64,000 nt of DNA from Novakomyces olei (lineage: Eukaryota), in contig JADEYG010000015.1 of NCBI GenBank assembly GCA_016906335.1, positions 1,178,001 to 1,242,000 of the forward strand, given 5' to 3'. A program made the translations under genes and the position numbers. The notes below the pieces were generated by a model. It was not told the origin of the DNA. It searched no databases and saw only the letters and a list, made by a program, of their open reading frames with translations. Positions within the stretch are counted from its first letter, which is position 1. Every line of letters begins with the position of its first letter. This document shows, one piece after another, positions 24,558 through 37,812 of the stretch.

Positions 24558-27500
24558 ATGGTCAAACTACGAGAAATTGACCGCACTGCGGTCTTTGCGT
24601 GGTCGCCAGAGCGAGCTGTACCCGTGATTGCCACTGCTACACTTGCTGGCGCCGTTAGTCCGGACTTTAGTGACGCATCACAGCTTGAATTATGGGACCT
24701 CCAGCTCATGGACGAATCAGATCAGGCGTTCAAGCCTCACGTTACGAGCACCGTAACCTGTCCTGCCAAGTATTCCTTCCTCAATTGCTTTTACCGCTTC
24801 TTTTACGCTCTGCCTCTTTTTGCTTTGAGCGTGTCTTGGATCATTGCTAACGTACTATAGGTTCTACCGACTGGCGTGGGGTTATGTCTCGGAACAGCAC
24901 CCTCAAGGTCTTATTGCGGCTGGTTTGGAGGACGGGTTCCTTTATATTTGGGATGCAGCAAAGATTGTCGCAGAGTAATTATCCATTAATGATTTTATAA
25001 ATTTTTTTTCATCAAGCTTTAAACTTTTTTGGGTTGATTCATCTCTTTTCTTTCCCGATTTTCTATAGTTCTTCAAGTACGTATTTTGTTGGCGCTAACA
25101 ACAGCCCCGATAATTCTCTTATTGCCAAACACCAATCACAATGCGGGCCTATTGTGGATCTTGATTTCAATCATCTTTCACCGAAATTGCTTGCCACTGT
25201 AAGCAAGGAAGGTGAACTTTGCATCTGGGATCTTTCGTCCCCGACAAAAGAGCCTTACTTTTCCGCGAAATCTTCCAGGCATGATGAGCTTTCGTGTGTG
25301 GCTTGGAACTACCGAGTTGGCCATATTGTAGCTGTCGGGGGCAGTAAAGGGTTGACTACAGTTTGGGAGCTACGGGCCAAGAAGGAGATTATTTCTCTTT
25401 CCGCGCCAACAGCAAAAGGAACGAACCCCAGCAGCGTTAGTGCTATCGCCTGGAATCCTGATAACGTATGCAATTACCTTCTTTGAACATTTGATGTTTG
25501 ATTTGTTTAATCTTCTTTGATGAGTATTACAGTGCTAATGAATAGCCAACAAAGCTTGCCACGGCTACTGAAGATGATTCTGCTGCACTTATCAATTTAT
25601 GGGACTTGAAAAATGCTCGTGCTCCAGAAAAGTCGTTAGAGGGCCATGATTCTGGAGTGCTTTCGCTTTCGTGGTGCTTAAAAGACAGCGATTTGCTTTT
25701 GTCTAGCGGCAAGGACAACAGGACTATTTTGTGGAATGTCCCAGAGAGCCAGATATTATCCAGTTTTTCAGGCTCTGGAAATTGGTCTTTCCAAGTCGCC
25801 TGGTGCCAAAAGTACCCTGAGCTTATTGCTACTGGGTCCTATGATGGAAAAGTCTCGGTTCACTCATTGCAGTCTGTAGAATCAGCAGCAGATAAAGCAG
25901 AACTGGCTCAAAAAGCAGGCGATGCTTCTAATGATATGGATTTCTTTAACAATCTTCCTGCAATTTCAGGTAAGAATGAGCCTTCTCTCACGCTTGGAAA
26001 GCCTCCCAAGTGGTATAGGCATCCGGGCGGTGCGCGATTCGGATTTGGGGATAAACTCGTTCTTATCAGACACGATGGGTCTGTACTGATCGAAAACCTG
26101 CAAACAGACAGTGAATTTGTTGAGAAGGCTCAGAAATTGGAGGAAGAGCTATCTGCGAATGATTCAATTCTTGACTATTTGACCCGTGAAATTGAACAGA
26201 CATCTAATGATTCAGAGCTGCAGAAATTGTACAAACTCTTGGCCATAATGATGCAAGAAAGCCCACGGTCTAAAATCAAGGAGATTGTTGAGATTTCTAA
26301 AGCCAACACTGAACAGCCTGTGTCTCTTGAACAACCGGCTATAGCTTTCTCTGACGACGAAACCAAAAACGGTGATGAAAAGAAAGCTTTGGAAGCAAGT
26401 CAAGAGCACTCTTTGTCTACTGAGGAATCAACTCAGCCTGACAAGGATGCCATGACGGAAAGCAAAGAGACTCAGTCTGAAACTGTAGTACAAGCAGAAA
26501 AGCCGGATGGCAAAGAGTCATTGGCGGAAGAGCCTGCGCAAGTTGAGGGCTCGGGAGAACACTCAGACGAGCCTCAAGCTTTTGAGATCAGTGGGCAAAA
26601 CGAAGAAACCCCTGCTGACAATAGCCACCACCATGAAGATGATATATTCGGCTCTTCTGGTCACGACGATTTTCTGAATGGTTTGGACGCCGAGCACTCT
26701 GGCCAAAAGCAAGACAAGCCAAGTGAGCCCGAGCCCGAGCCTGAGCCTGAGCCCAAGCCCAAGCCCATTGAGCCAGTAGAAGAGGAAGCAACGAAACAAA
26801 ACGGCTCTGTCAACCATCAGCCCTCAATGGCCGGCTTGAGTCTCTCTGATGCCCAAAGCAGCCCAGAGGAAGGTAGTGTAATTCAGGCAGTATTGAAAGG
26901 GCAATTTGAGGACGCTGCCAATATCTTTGTCCGCTCAAACAAGTTTGAGGACGCCTTTTTAGTTGCCAGTTTTGCCGGCGAAGAGTGTCAGAAACGCGTA
27001 CGGCAGGCTTATATGCAAACAAAACAGAACACTCCCTACGTTAAACTGCTGGAATCAATATTGAGTGGCTCCTTCAACGATTTTGTAAGGAATATTGACT
27101 TGGATAACTGGAAGGATGCAATGATCTTGATCTGCACTTTTGCATCGCCAACTACGTTCTCGCAATTGAGTACGCTTTTAGGTGAAAGACTGCTTAATGC
27201 TTCGGCCTCTCCTGCTGCTGTTGAAGACGCCTCCTTTTGTTTTACTGTCGGCAGCAGTTTAAGCCGGCTCTTTACGCTTTGGCAGACAGAGATTTTGAAT
27301 CGGGAAGCGGCACAAGTGCGTAAACAGTCTCCCGTGGAAGAATCTTCGACCCTTGACGATGTGAAGGCAGTTTCCCCATCATCTATTCATGCTGATTACC
27401 TGTTGGAACTGATAAAACGTGTAGCAATATTCCGTTCTGCCGTTGATTACGAGGATAATGCGGTACGCAATGCCGCTGGCGAATACGAATTAGCTCCGCT

Positions 27501-29058
27501 CTACGATACGTACTTGGAGTTTGCACAAACATTGGCCGGTCATGGGCTTTATGGAATAGGAGCCAAGTATGCTCAGCTTGTGCCCCGTGATTACTCAGAC
27601 GCAGGCAATTTGGCAGCTTTTTATTCACAAATGGCCAAGAACGAAACCCAATTTTCTTCTCAAAAATACATGTCGCAGCAGCAGTCGGCTTTACCCTCAA
27701 ATCTACACACTTATCCGGCCAAGTCAGCGTCTGTTTTACCCACCGGCAGTAGTAGCTACTCTCCACAGGTAGGGCAGAACGCTTATACTGCCCCAGGGCA
27801 GGCAATGTACGGGTTGCATAGTGCCTACCCGGCTGTGGCGGCTAGTGCCAATTCTGCTTTTGCTTCCAGCCCGAACCCGTACGCTCCCTCTACTCCCTCT
27901 GTGGCAGCAGAGTCCCTGTCCCGGCCGCAGGGACTGCAAGGTCCCCCCTCGGGGCCTGCTTCTTCCCAAGGTCCCCCCCTTACACAAGGCCCACCTCCTC
28001 CGCATGCAGGACTGGACACGACGATTACTGGCCCGCCCGCTCGACCGAGTCCAGGGCTGAATCGGAACGTGAACGGATGGAACGATCCTCCTTCAGTGGC
28101 TTCCGGCACGGCGCCTCGTCGGGCTCCGAGCGCGGCTCCACGAGTCATTAGCTCACCGTTTCCCAATGCTCCTTCTCCAGGGTTAGGGTTAGGGTCACCT
28201 GGGCCTGCCCCTCCGTCCGGTCTGCCTCCGTCCGGTCTGCCTCCGTCCGGTCCGGCTCCGCCTCCAAAAGCAGGGCAGCCTTATTCAAGACCACCTTCAG
28301 CTGCTCCGGGCCAAACGCCTCCAGCGTCAGCTTTGACCGGTCTGCCTCCGCCTCCACCAAAATCAGAGACTCCAATCACAAGCTTCCCCGTAGCCAGAGG
28401 AGCTCCGTCGAGTCAGTATGCTCCTCCGCCAGGATCACTGCAACAGAAACCGCCCAGTCGAGGACCCGCAGGGCCAATGGCAACTAGTCCTTACAGAGGG
28501 CAGCCTCCTCTACAGGCGGCAGCTACTCAGTCCCCCTACGGACATCCAGCTCAGACTGCTTATACTACAGGACCACCAGGACCCGTGCCAGCAGCCGTTC
28601 CAGGTCCTCCTCCAGCTCGAGCAGGCACAGTTTCTCCTGCTTTATCGTCTGTACGATCAGCGAGTCCAGCGGGAGTCGGACTGCGCTTTCCGGCCGGTGA
28701 TAGATCACACATTTTGCCAGAAAATATCGATATTTACAGAGTACTGAATGGCGAATTTGAGCAGGTAAAACGGGCGGCCCCACCCACGTTTCAAAGGCAG
28801 CTCAACGATATTGAACGTCGGCTCAATTTGATTTTCGATATACTAAACAATGGAGCTCAGGGATTGAGTGAACAGCTACTAGCAGAGCTGAGGCAATTGG
28901 CTGCGGCTCTGGCTGTACACGACTTTGCTCAGGCTCATTTGCTGCATATAAATATGTTGACCACGCATACAGAGGAAGGTGGGCAGTGGCTCGTTGGTGT
29001 GAAGCGTCTTATTGACGTATGCCAGGCTTTAAACGTTCCGCGAGGTCACCGACGCTGA
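24558..29058 (+). CDS. SEC31: COPII coat protein Sec31, 4 exons
   Basis: [17 protein letters not shown] start, WD40 propeller, PPKWY, Pro-rich region with [15 protein letters not shown] and [12 protein letters not shown]-terminus. Confidence 0.97.
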
Positions 29059-29259
29059 GCATGAATACGCATCCATTTATACTGGCTTGGCGTTAAGCGT
29101 ACTACACTACACTAAACCTGTATGCGCTGGAGTACCAGTCGTTTTGCTAAAGTAATACAGAGTATCTGCCTTTCAAGGCATTAATAAATGTCTAATTTGC
29201 AAATGATTTGGAAGCATAATGTTTATATTTATTTGATGTACCAATTGCTGTTAGATCTC

Positions 29260-30247
29260 CTAATCATTCTTCTTGGGCACTTCAGGCACCATCTCTTGCC
29301 CTTTGTGAGCAGCCTTTTCCACTGCAGACCGCGTCTTTCCGAATTGCGTTTCCGTATAGTCAAACAGAGAATTGAGCTGGCGTCTTATAGCCAAATGCGT
29401 GTCCGCCACAGGCGGGTACCGTTTCTCATAGCGCCAGATGACGTTTTCCAGGTTTTCTGTAGTTTCGGGCAGGCTGTTGCGCGGTTAGCAAGGTAGCAAA
29501 TAGGCGATAGGGACTTGCAAGTAGTTGGCAGCGATGCCGGACGTTAATAGGACCGTAGCCCATCTGATGGGAAAGACACCTGCTATTTAGACTGTGCAAT
29601 TGGAAAATAAATTGGACAATAAATCGGAAAATATTAAAAATAAATTGGACAATAAATCAGAGAATATTGAAAAATGAATTGGAAAATAATGAGCAATAAT
29701 GGCTTTTAATGGTCAATAATGGCTATTAATGGTCAATAATAGATTGTGAGGCACTTACGATTGCGTGCAATTATAGACCCAGCAAACCCGCTCACAAGGA
29801 CATAGATTCCGCCCGGCAGAAAAGGCTCGCTAGAAGCAGGGACAACCTGTTTCACGTCTTGCTCCACGTTCCGCTCAATTTTAAGCCAGCCTCCAAGCGC
29901 AGAATCGCGCACACGAACGGCCTGATCCGAGATGGCAGAGACATTATCAACGAGCCAAACACGGGCAGAGCCGATTGAGCGGGCAAGGCCGTCTTTCTCC
30001 GTGGCGACCAAGTAATCCTGTCGTTCCGGAGCGTCGTAGATACTCAGCTGTGGCAAGAGCGTTAGTCAAATGACCCAATTTCTCTTTGCGCTATTATTTA
30101 CTTTTGACGGCGGCTCTTGCGTGCGTATAACGCGCTGGGGCGTGCTAAAGGCCAGAGAAGCCACACCAGCACCGGCGAATACTGCGGCCCGTTTTGCTGC
30201 CTGGCGAAACTGATCAGCAATTGATTTGACTTGGAAATGCGTACCAT
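29260..30247 (-). CDS. MICOS subunit Mic26/Mic27 (apolipoprotein O family), 5 exons, one GC-AG intron
   Basis: M|FRQAAKR...|LSIYD...; LPGGIYVLVSGFAGSIIARNR; YF|LPETTENL...WRYEK. Confidence 0.85.
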
Positions 30248-30540
30248 AACTGTGCCTGCAATTGCCGCTATCGCATGCAACTCGCTAGTCAAGTTTTGAG
30301 GCCGATTATTCCTGCCCAACAGCTATTGTCTAAAGTAATAACCCTAACTAACCCTACTTTTATGGAAATTGTGTCACCCTTATTTTGTGGAAATTGCGTA
30401 GTGTACTATAAAAGGCAAACCCTTGTGTCAGCAGACCAAGAAAACCCTGCCGGTATACCCTTGACCCCGAAATAAGGCGTCACAAGGCGGACGAGTAGAT
30501 AACGGTAGCGGCAGGCATTGACCGCGAATTGCAGCCTGAA

Positions 30541-33406
30541 ATGTCGTCCAAAGAACGTAAATAGTGCCTTTTATGTGACTTGCTACTGACAAACTAAAAG
30601 TTTCCACGTGGGCGGCTAGTCCCGCAACACAGCGTTCAGTGACCGTACACTTGTCTGCAGATCCCAAGGGCGAGCGATTGGCGTACGCGGTATGGCTTTC
30701 ACGACTTTATCTTGCATTTTACTTTAATGTTTTCGGACCATTTTAGTTTAATTGAATTGTACTGCCAGTCGGCTCGACTTTTTTATCATTTTTCCAAAAG
30801 GTCCTTTGCCTTTTTTTTTGTTCTTTTCTCTATTCATTTATTTTTATTTATTCTTTATTTTTATTATTCTTTTGTAATCGATTGTTGTGCTCTCTTCCTG
30901 TTTGGTTCATTGCTCATCGTGAATGTAGGCCGGCCGCTCCATTTTTGTGCGCAGTATTGAGGAGCCAGAAGACTGTTTCCAGTACCGTGGCCATATCGCA
31001 CATACAACGGTAGCCAAATTTTCGCCTTCAGGATTTTACGTGGCCTCTGGTGATCAACACGGAAACGTGCGTGTGTGGGACACTGTGGGACAAGATCATA
31101 TACTCAAATGCGAAACTCAACCAATTTCCGGCAAAATCACTGATATTGCTTGGGGTAAGTACTGTTACCTCGATGGCTAGTACTGAATTACAGATGGTGA
31201 AAGCAAACGTATAATCGCGGTCGGTGACGGAAAAGAACGGTTTGGACATGCTTTCACTTTTGATACTGCGAATTCTGTCGGCGAGGTGGGCAATTGTCTA
31301 TTTAATATTTTTTTGCTTTTAATTCTTGGATATCTTTTATGTTTTATAGCAGATTGATCCTCTTTTTTTCCTTTTTTTTTGGGCAATAAAACTGGATGGC
31401 AATGCTAATTACGACAGATTTCTGGTCATTCCGCAATAGTTAATGCTGTCTCTATGCGGGCGCAAAGGCCGTTCCGTGCCGTCACCGCCTCTGATGATCA
31501 TGCTATCGTGTTTCTCACAGGAGCGCCATACAAGTACAATAAACTTATTCGTGTGCACTCAAAATTTGTGCAAGATATTGCCTTTTCGCCGGACGGATCT
31601 TTTTTCGTCTCTGTTGGAGCTGATTCGAAGATTTTTGTTTTTGACGGAAAGACAGGAGACCTGGTAAAAGAGCTCACTGCTGGTGATAATAAAGATGGCC
31701 ATGTGGGTACGATTTTCGCAGTCAGCTGGGACCCAACTTCCAAGTATATAGCTACTGCTGGCGCCGATGGAACCGTTCGCAAATGGTCAGTACAGGAGGC
31801 AAAGATGGAGTGGTACGTGTTGGAACTAATTTTATTTTTCGCCTTACTTTCTGTTGCAATATGGGATTTTTAATTGTATATAAACATAAAATTTCGTTAT
31901 TTTTACAAATTTCCCGTTATTCACCGACTTTGAGCTTTCCCACTACCCTGATTTGGGGTCCGTGTTGTTTGGGTTTGACTGCCTTTTATTTAAAATTATT
32001 CTGGCTGCTTCCATTTGTTAATGATAATCTCTTGTATTCTCAGAGTATCGTACTAACGGTAGTGTGTGGGACTTGAAGGACGATAATACAGCATCTACTT
32101 CTAATCAGCAGGTAGGCATTGTATGGACGAGCAAGAACAAGATTATTTCCCTGTCTCTCAGTAGCGATCTGAATTACCTCGACGAGTCGCAAGACAAGCC
32201 TGTACGGGTAGTCCAGGGCCATCAAAAGGCAATTACCGCTATGACTGTTCGTGAAAAAAAGGACAAACTGTTTACCGCCTCTTACGATGGGCGTATGTTA
32301 TCTTGGGACATTTCCAAAGGAATTGCTCATGTACTCGATGGCTCAACACATACAAATCAGGTCATGGACATGACTAGCGATGGTGATTTTATTGTTTCTG
32401 TCGCAATGGATGATACACTGCGTATCACTGATGGAAATACTGATACAATTACGTAAGAAAACACAAAATTGGCTATTTATCTTTTTCTAACGTTATAATC
32501 AAGCGGAACCGTTATAGCCACGGACAGTCTGCCCAAGGGTGTGGCTGTCTTGGGGGGCGGGTTAAGGATTGTAGTTACTGTCAGCGAGATTCATGTTTAT
32601 AACGGAGAAAAGCGGACAGAGACGGCAAAAACACCTTATCAGCCTAGCGCTGTTGCCGCTTGTCCTGGGTCGGATAATTTTGCCGTTGGTGCAGAGGTAC
32701 AATTGATATCATTTGATATATATTTACCTACTTTTTTATTATTTATTAATTACTTGATTATTTCATTTTAAATGTTCTAATCTCTAGGATAACACAATTC
32801 ATGTCCATTCTCTAAACAAGAACGGAATGACGGAAATCGCTGTGCTTACAGGGAATAGGGCCCAAATTACACGTTTAGCTTACTCCAACGACGGACGGCT
32901 TTTGGCAGCGGGCGATGCTTCCGGAAGAATAGTACTGTACGATGCAAAGACACGGGAAGTAATTACGTCCCGTTGGTCTTTTCACACTGGCCGTATAACT
33001 GGTTTAGCTTGGCACATTGATAATATTCATATTGTCTCTTCCTCGCTTGATACTAATGTGCACATTTACAAGTATGACACCGAAGCTTTTTTATTTTTAT
33101 TTTTATTTTTATTTTTATTTTTATTTTTATTTTTATTTTTATTTTTATTTTTATTTTTATTTTTATTTTTATTTTTATGGCTTCAAAATACATTAGTCAA
33201 GTTTTTTTTTCCAAAGATTGTATCTCTTGTTTTAATGTATCTCTTGTTTTTCCAATGCTAATTATAGCACGGAAAAACCTCTGAGGCATATCGGTATTAG
33301 CAATGCCCATCTTGACGGAGTGTGCAGTGTTGCTTGGGAGAGTGAAAGCATTATTCTCAGTGCAGGGAGTGACGCATGTGTAAAGCGCTGGAAAGTCGCA
33401 TTTTAA
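30541..33406 (+). CDS. AIP1: Actin-interacting protein 1 (WDR1), about 9 exons
   Basis: TVAKFSPSGFYVASGD, GERFGHAFTFD-like segment, QRPFRAVTASDD, GHQKAIT, SRWSFHTGRI. Confidence 0.95.
33087..33178. repeat. (TTTTTA)n microsatellite in the last AIP1 intron
   Basis: About 15 perfect hexamer copies. Confidence 0.95.
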
Positions 33407-33559
33407 AAGCATACGTATATTCATAGAGTTTAGTCAGGGATTGTCTTCTGGCCTTTTATTGGCAAGCATCTGGACGGGTCTAGAATGAATTTGTCTTTAG
33501 TAATTCAGTATTTTATTGTATAATTGCATCATTCGTCATTATGTCATTATCGTAATTAT

Positions 33560-33700
33560 TCTCCTTTACTATTTTTTCCTTCTCTATTTTTTCCTTTACT
33601 ATTTTTTCCTTCTCTATTTTTTCCTTCTCTATTTTTTCCTTTACGATTTTTTCCTTTACTGTTTGCCCTTACTATTTTTTCCTTTACGACTTTTCCCTTG
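33560..33700. repeat. Pyrimidine-rich 15-16 bp minisatellite (ATTTTTTCCTTCTCT / ATTTTTTCCTTTACT) between the convergent AIP1 and CYK3
   Basis: About 8 degenerate copies. They generate the spurious FFPSL-type ORFs in the track. Confidence 0.85.
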
Positions 33701-33883
33701 ATTATTATTATTGGATTGTTCTCCATTATTTCTTTATTCTTGACTGTTTTACCATTCTGCTCAAACTTGCTAACTGGTATCCCTTTACTCTACCTCGTCT
33801 GTACTCGTGCCCGCGCTTTTATTACATTCTCTTTGTATTCATACCTTCAACTATGCCCTACTCATCACATTTGTACACACGTT

Positions 33884-36800
33884 CTAAACACAAACCCACT
33901 CGGCAAACACGACCCATCGTCCAATTTTTTCCCCCAAGACTAACCCTCTCCAGGACCCCGGCTCCGTGACCTTTATCCCCAATTCCCAAATCTGTCCGTC
34001 AAACCGATCGCTCACTAGTGGAGCATGGTGCAGGCGTGTAATAGTGCCCAAAGGGCTCTGTATAGCGAGCTTTGCGGGTTTATTATTGCCATTGTTCGAC
34101 AGGGATGAGGCATAATAAGCTCCGCTCGGGTGCTGCCGAATGGAAAAGATATAGTTGTTTTGGCGGTAGAGCCGGGCAGTTTGAGGCTGGCGGACGTACA
34201 AGTCGTGCCGTTGTGCGTGTGGAGTTGGGTGCCGGGTAACAAAATCAAAGGCCGGGTTCGATCCCGAGTGCCGTATGGGAATTACAGCAGCACAGTGGTG
34301 AGGGTTGTCCCTGCAAGAGTGCATGAGCCCCTTTCTGCCAGCAAAAATTTGGAGGACTCCCTGCCTTTCATCGCCAGGCAGTACGGCTTTGACTCTGTAG
34401 ACACGGGTCCCCTTGTGCCAATAAACCTGGGCCAGTCCCGGGCGAGTACGTATCTGACCCGTCTCGAACCGGTCCCCATCTCCGTCCCGGCCAAAGGCTT
34501 CAACTTGTACTTGAGCGTGCAGCTCAACGTCCAACGGCACAGCGATATCGACCTGCACACACTCCAAGTCACGGATAAAGCATACAGAGGTATCGTAATT
34601 AATAAGCTGCAAATTGTTGGCAAAGTAGGTGCCTGTGACCCAAGGCAGGGCCAGGGCAACTACCGGGTCCAGCGAGGGCAGTGTAAACTGATGGTGCAGC
34701 TTTGCCGGTAAATGTGTATAAATCAGGTGGCAGGGCCGAGTGAGAAAGTAGAAATCGTCACGTGTGCCCTTGTTTGGCTGCAGCTGATTGGCTGGTGACG
34801 CGAGAGACGCGTCGACCAATCGGAACTCGCCTCCGACAGTGACAACGTTCCAGCAATGATTTGGTGAGGGAACATAGTCTAAATCAATGACGTCAGCATT
34901 TGGCTTAAGGTAGCCGGAAACGACTTCGGCCCATAGCCCGACACTGTTACACATTGCCTTGAAGGCAAAGGCAACTTGCTCCGAGTTGCCTTTGCCTTCA
35001 AGCATCATTTGCTCTACAAGCGCAGAGCCAGAATGCCGAGCGTCTGGCTGCTCGTGCTGCACTGCCTCTGGTCGGATTTTGTCTGCTAGAAATACGAAAA
35101 TTGCTCTCAGCCGGTGGACGTCGCTCTTGAAGGGCCGACAGAGTACGGACTTTGCAAACAGCTCGGCCGGCATATCAGAGATGGGAAGAGTGCTGTTGTT
35201 GCTGTTGTTTTCATTGTTGCTATTATTATTAGTATTATTATTATTCCTTATCTGACTAGTCCCCCATTTTATCTGCCTCACGTGGTTGTCAACGTTGGCA
35301 AACTGGATATTTTCAATATGCAAACCAGCGTCCTTTCCGATACATTGGCCATTAGTGCCGAGGCAGCCAATAAGAGGGTTTTCCGAGTCCTCAATCAGTT
35401 CAAGAGCGTCCACACACCGAGTTCCTTCGCGTTCTAGCTGCTCAATCTTGTCGGCTCTTTCATGGAAACTCTGGCTGTTTGCCCGGTTTACGTCCCTGCG
35501 TACATCTTGCCAATTGCCGGGGCCAGAGCCTGTGTAGAAATCCATACTGTCGCCTAAAAGGCCGGGCTTGCTTTGACTGCTTGCCTCGAAATTGTGTCCT
35601 GCAGATTCACGGTCGGGCGAGACGACTACTCGGCCGTGTGAGAGCAGTTTCGACATTGCTCTCTTGAACCGCTGTGATTTCTTTGCCTTTAGCTGAGGCA
35701 TTGACATTGGTGTCCACGTGGAAAGAGGCGAAGCAACAGCCTCCTTTTGATCGCCAAAGACAACTCCGACAGATTTGGCTGTGGAAAAGGAGGCTTCGCT
35801 TGCCGCCTTGTTGCTGCTGCTGTTGCTATTGTTATTATTATTGTTGTTGTTATTGCTCTCTGACGAGACCTGGTTCGTGTAGACCCGTGACGGTGGCCGA
35901 TGACGCCATATAGAGTTTGATCTAATTGCTCCTGGCGGAGCATAAGATTTGGTGCCGTTTGCGTTTTGATTAGCGCTCTCTTCCAGTTTCCGGCGGTAGA
36001 GGCTGCCTGCACTTTTGGCACTAATGCTTGTGGCCACTGTGCTCGGATTTGATACATTGCCCATAGAAAAGACGCTCGGTGGAGAGGCAGCAGCAGAGGA
36101 AACAGTATGCTGAGACCGGACTGTAAGTGTCCGGTGCGGAGGCGGCACTGGCGCTCCGTCATCGGCTGACACATTGCCCACTGCCTGTGACAGCTTTTGC
36201 GGAGTAGAAACGGGAGGATGAAGGTACATGTCTCTGCCGGCAGTATGCCGCTGTAGATCTTGCTCTGATCGTGAGCGGTACTGCTGAGCGTGCAAGTACT
36301 GTTGCTGGGCAACGGACTGTTGTGTTGTAAAAGACTGTTGCTGGGCAACGGACTGTTGTTGTGTAAAAGGCTGTTGTTGTTTAAAAGGCTGTTGTTGTGT
36401 AAAAGACTGTTGTGTAAAAGACTGTTGCTGATGCCTCTGTTGGCTTTTGGCTTCGATACTAAACAGACGGTACTTCATACGGTCCGCGTACGAGTTGCCC
36501 TGCGGATGCGGTGGCCTCTGATCGTCCGGGTACTCTTGGTACTCGTCAGCATGAAAAAGGCCACTGCGCCGGCGCTGTGACGAAGCCAATGAGGAGGCAG
36601 AAGAGTAGTTTGAAGCTGCTGCGGAAGAGCGTATAGACGTGGCCCTCACCAGCGTCTGTCTCCCACGGGACTGTGAGTGGTCTACTGCCGCAGCGTAATG
36701 CACACCGTTTCCCACCATAAAATTCTGCTCTTTATTGCCCTTGTAAACATGGTAATCTGGGTCCGGAGACGCATGAGCCGGTGGCGTAGAAAGCCTGTCC

Positions 36801-37812
36801 CTGTACCGAACATCGCTCTGTGAGAGCGTGTACGAGTCTGTCAGCGACGGAGTAGGGCCGTCAATCAGTGGGGACTCGGCCAGAGACGTGTAAGAGTACT
36901 GCGAGTGTGACGAGGCTTCCAGCTCGGCCAGGCTTGGCCTTTTGCCCGTCCAGTGTGGAGGGGCTGTATCGCCAGAGATTCCTGTCTCTTGAACCGTGGA
37001 CGAAATGTCCACGTCCACGTCTTCAACGTCTTGCTTTCCGAGCGTGTACTCTTCTTGCTCTGCCTCTTCCTGCTCCTCGTCTTCCTGCTCTGCCTCGATA
37101 TCCGAGTCTCCGTGAACAGGGTAGACTGAAAGCCCCGACTGTGGTCGGAGCGATACAAAGGAGTTGCGAGACGCAGACTGCCTTAAACTGCGACTATGCT
37201 CTTCGTCAGAGTTATCACTCTCGTCCGACTGCCATTGCCTCGAAGAATAGAACGAATGTGCCGGCGATGCGGGTCGAGTCCCCGAAACAGGTTCAGGCTC
37301 TTTGTCGCTTCATCGGGATTAGCATTAAGGGGGATTGTAAAGCTTAATTGAAGAATAGAATTGGAAATAGAAAACGATCAGTAAAATTGAATCAGTAGAA
37401 AGTGGCCGTAGAAAATGGGCCGTATAAATAGAGTGCAAACGAATCTCATAGTCCTTCTAGACTCAAAAGTCCATAGTCTTTCTATACTCGCTGTTGTAAT
37501 ATTGCTCGTTGCTCAGATCAAGAAAAGTTCAAGGGGCGACTTACATGTACTCGATAAAATTGCATGGAAAAGATCCTTTTGTGCCATTGCGTTTTAGCCG
37601 GCCGTACCACCAAAGGCCGTCGCCGGCATGGAGGCATTCGATATGGTCCCCCTCAACAAACCCCAGATCGCCTAGTTTATTAGTTTAGGCAGCAGAAAAA
37701 AAACAGACTAATCGCAGTTTCAAGGAGTACCTTTAGCTTCGCCGCCCCAGCTATAAACAGCACGGACCCAGCAGGGGAACCGGCGTGGAGCAGGCGGAAT
37801 GCTGCTGCCCAT
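33884..37812 (-). CDS. CYK3: Cytokinesis protein Cyk3 (SH3 plus transglutaminase-like domain), 3 exons
   Basis: Upstream exons give MGSSIPPAPRRFPCWVRAVYSWGGEAK|GDLGFVEGDHIECLHAGDGLWWYGRLKR...FPCNF (SH3). Main exon has RRDVNRANS, GYLK and NHCWNVV...LVDASLAS. Confidence 0.93.

Noticed and set aside
28179-28196. AGGGTTAGGGTTAGGG telomeric hexamers
   Set aside because: They lie within the SEC31 coding sequence (PGLGLG); codon coincidence is sufficient.
33516-33943. Hydrophobic ORFs in the track
   Set aside because: Translations of a pyrimidine minisatellite.
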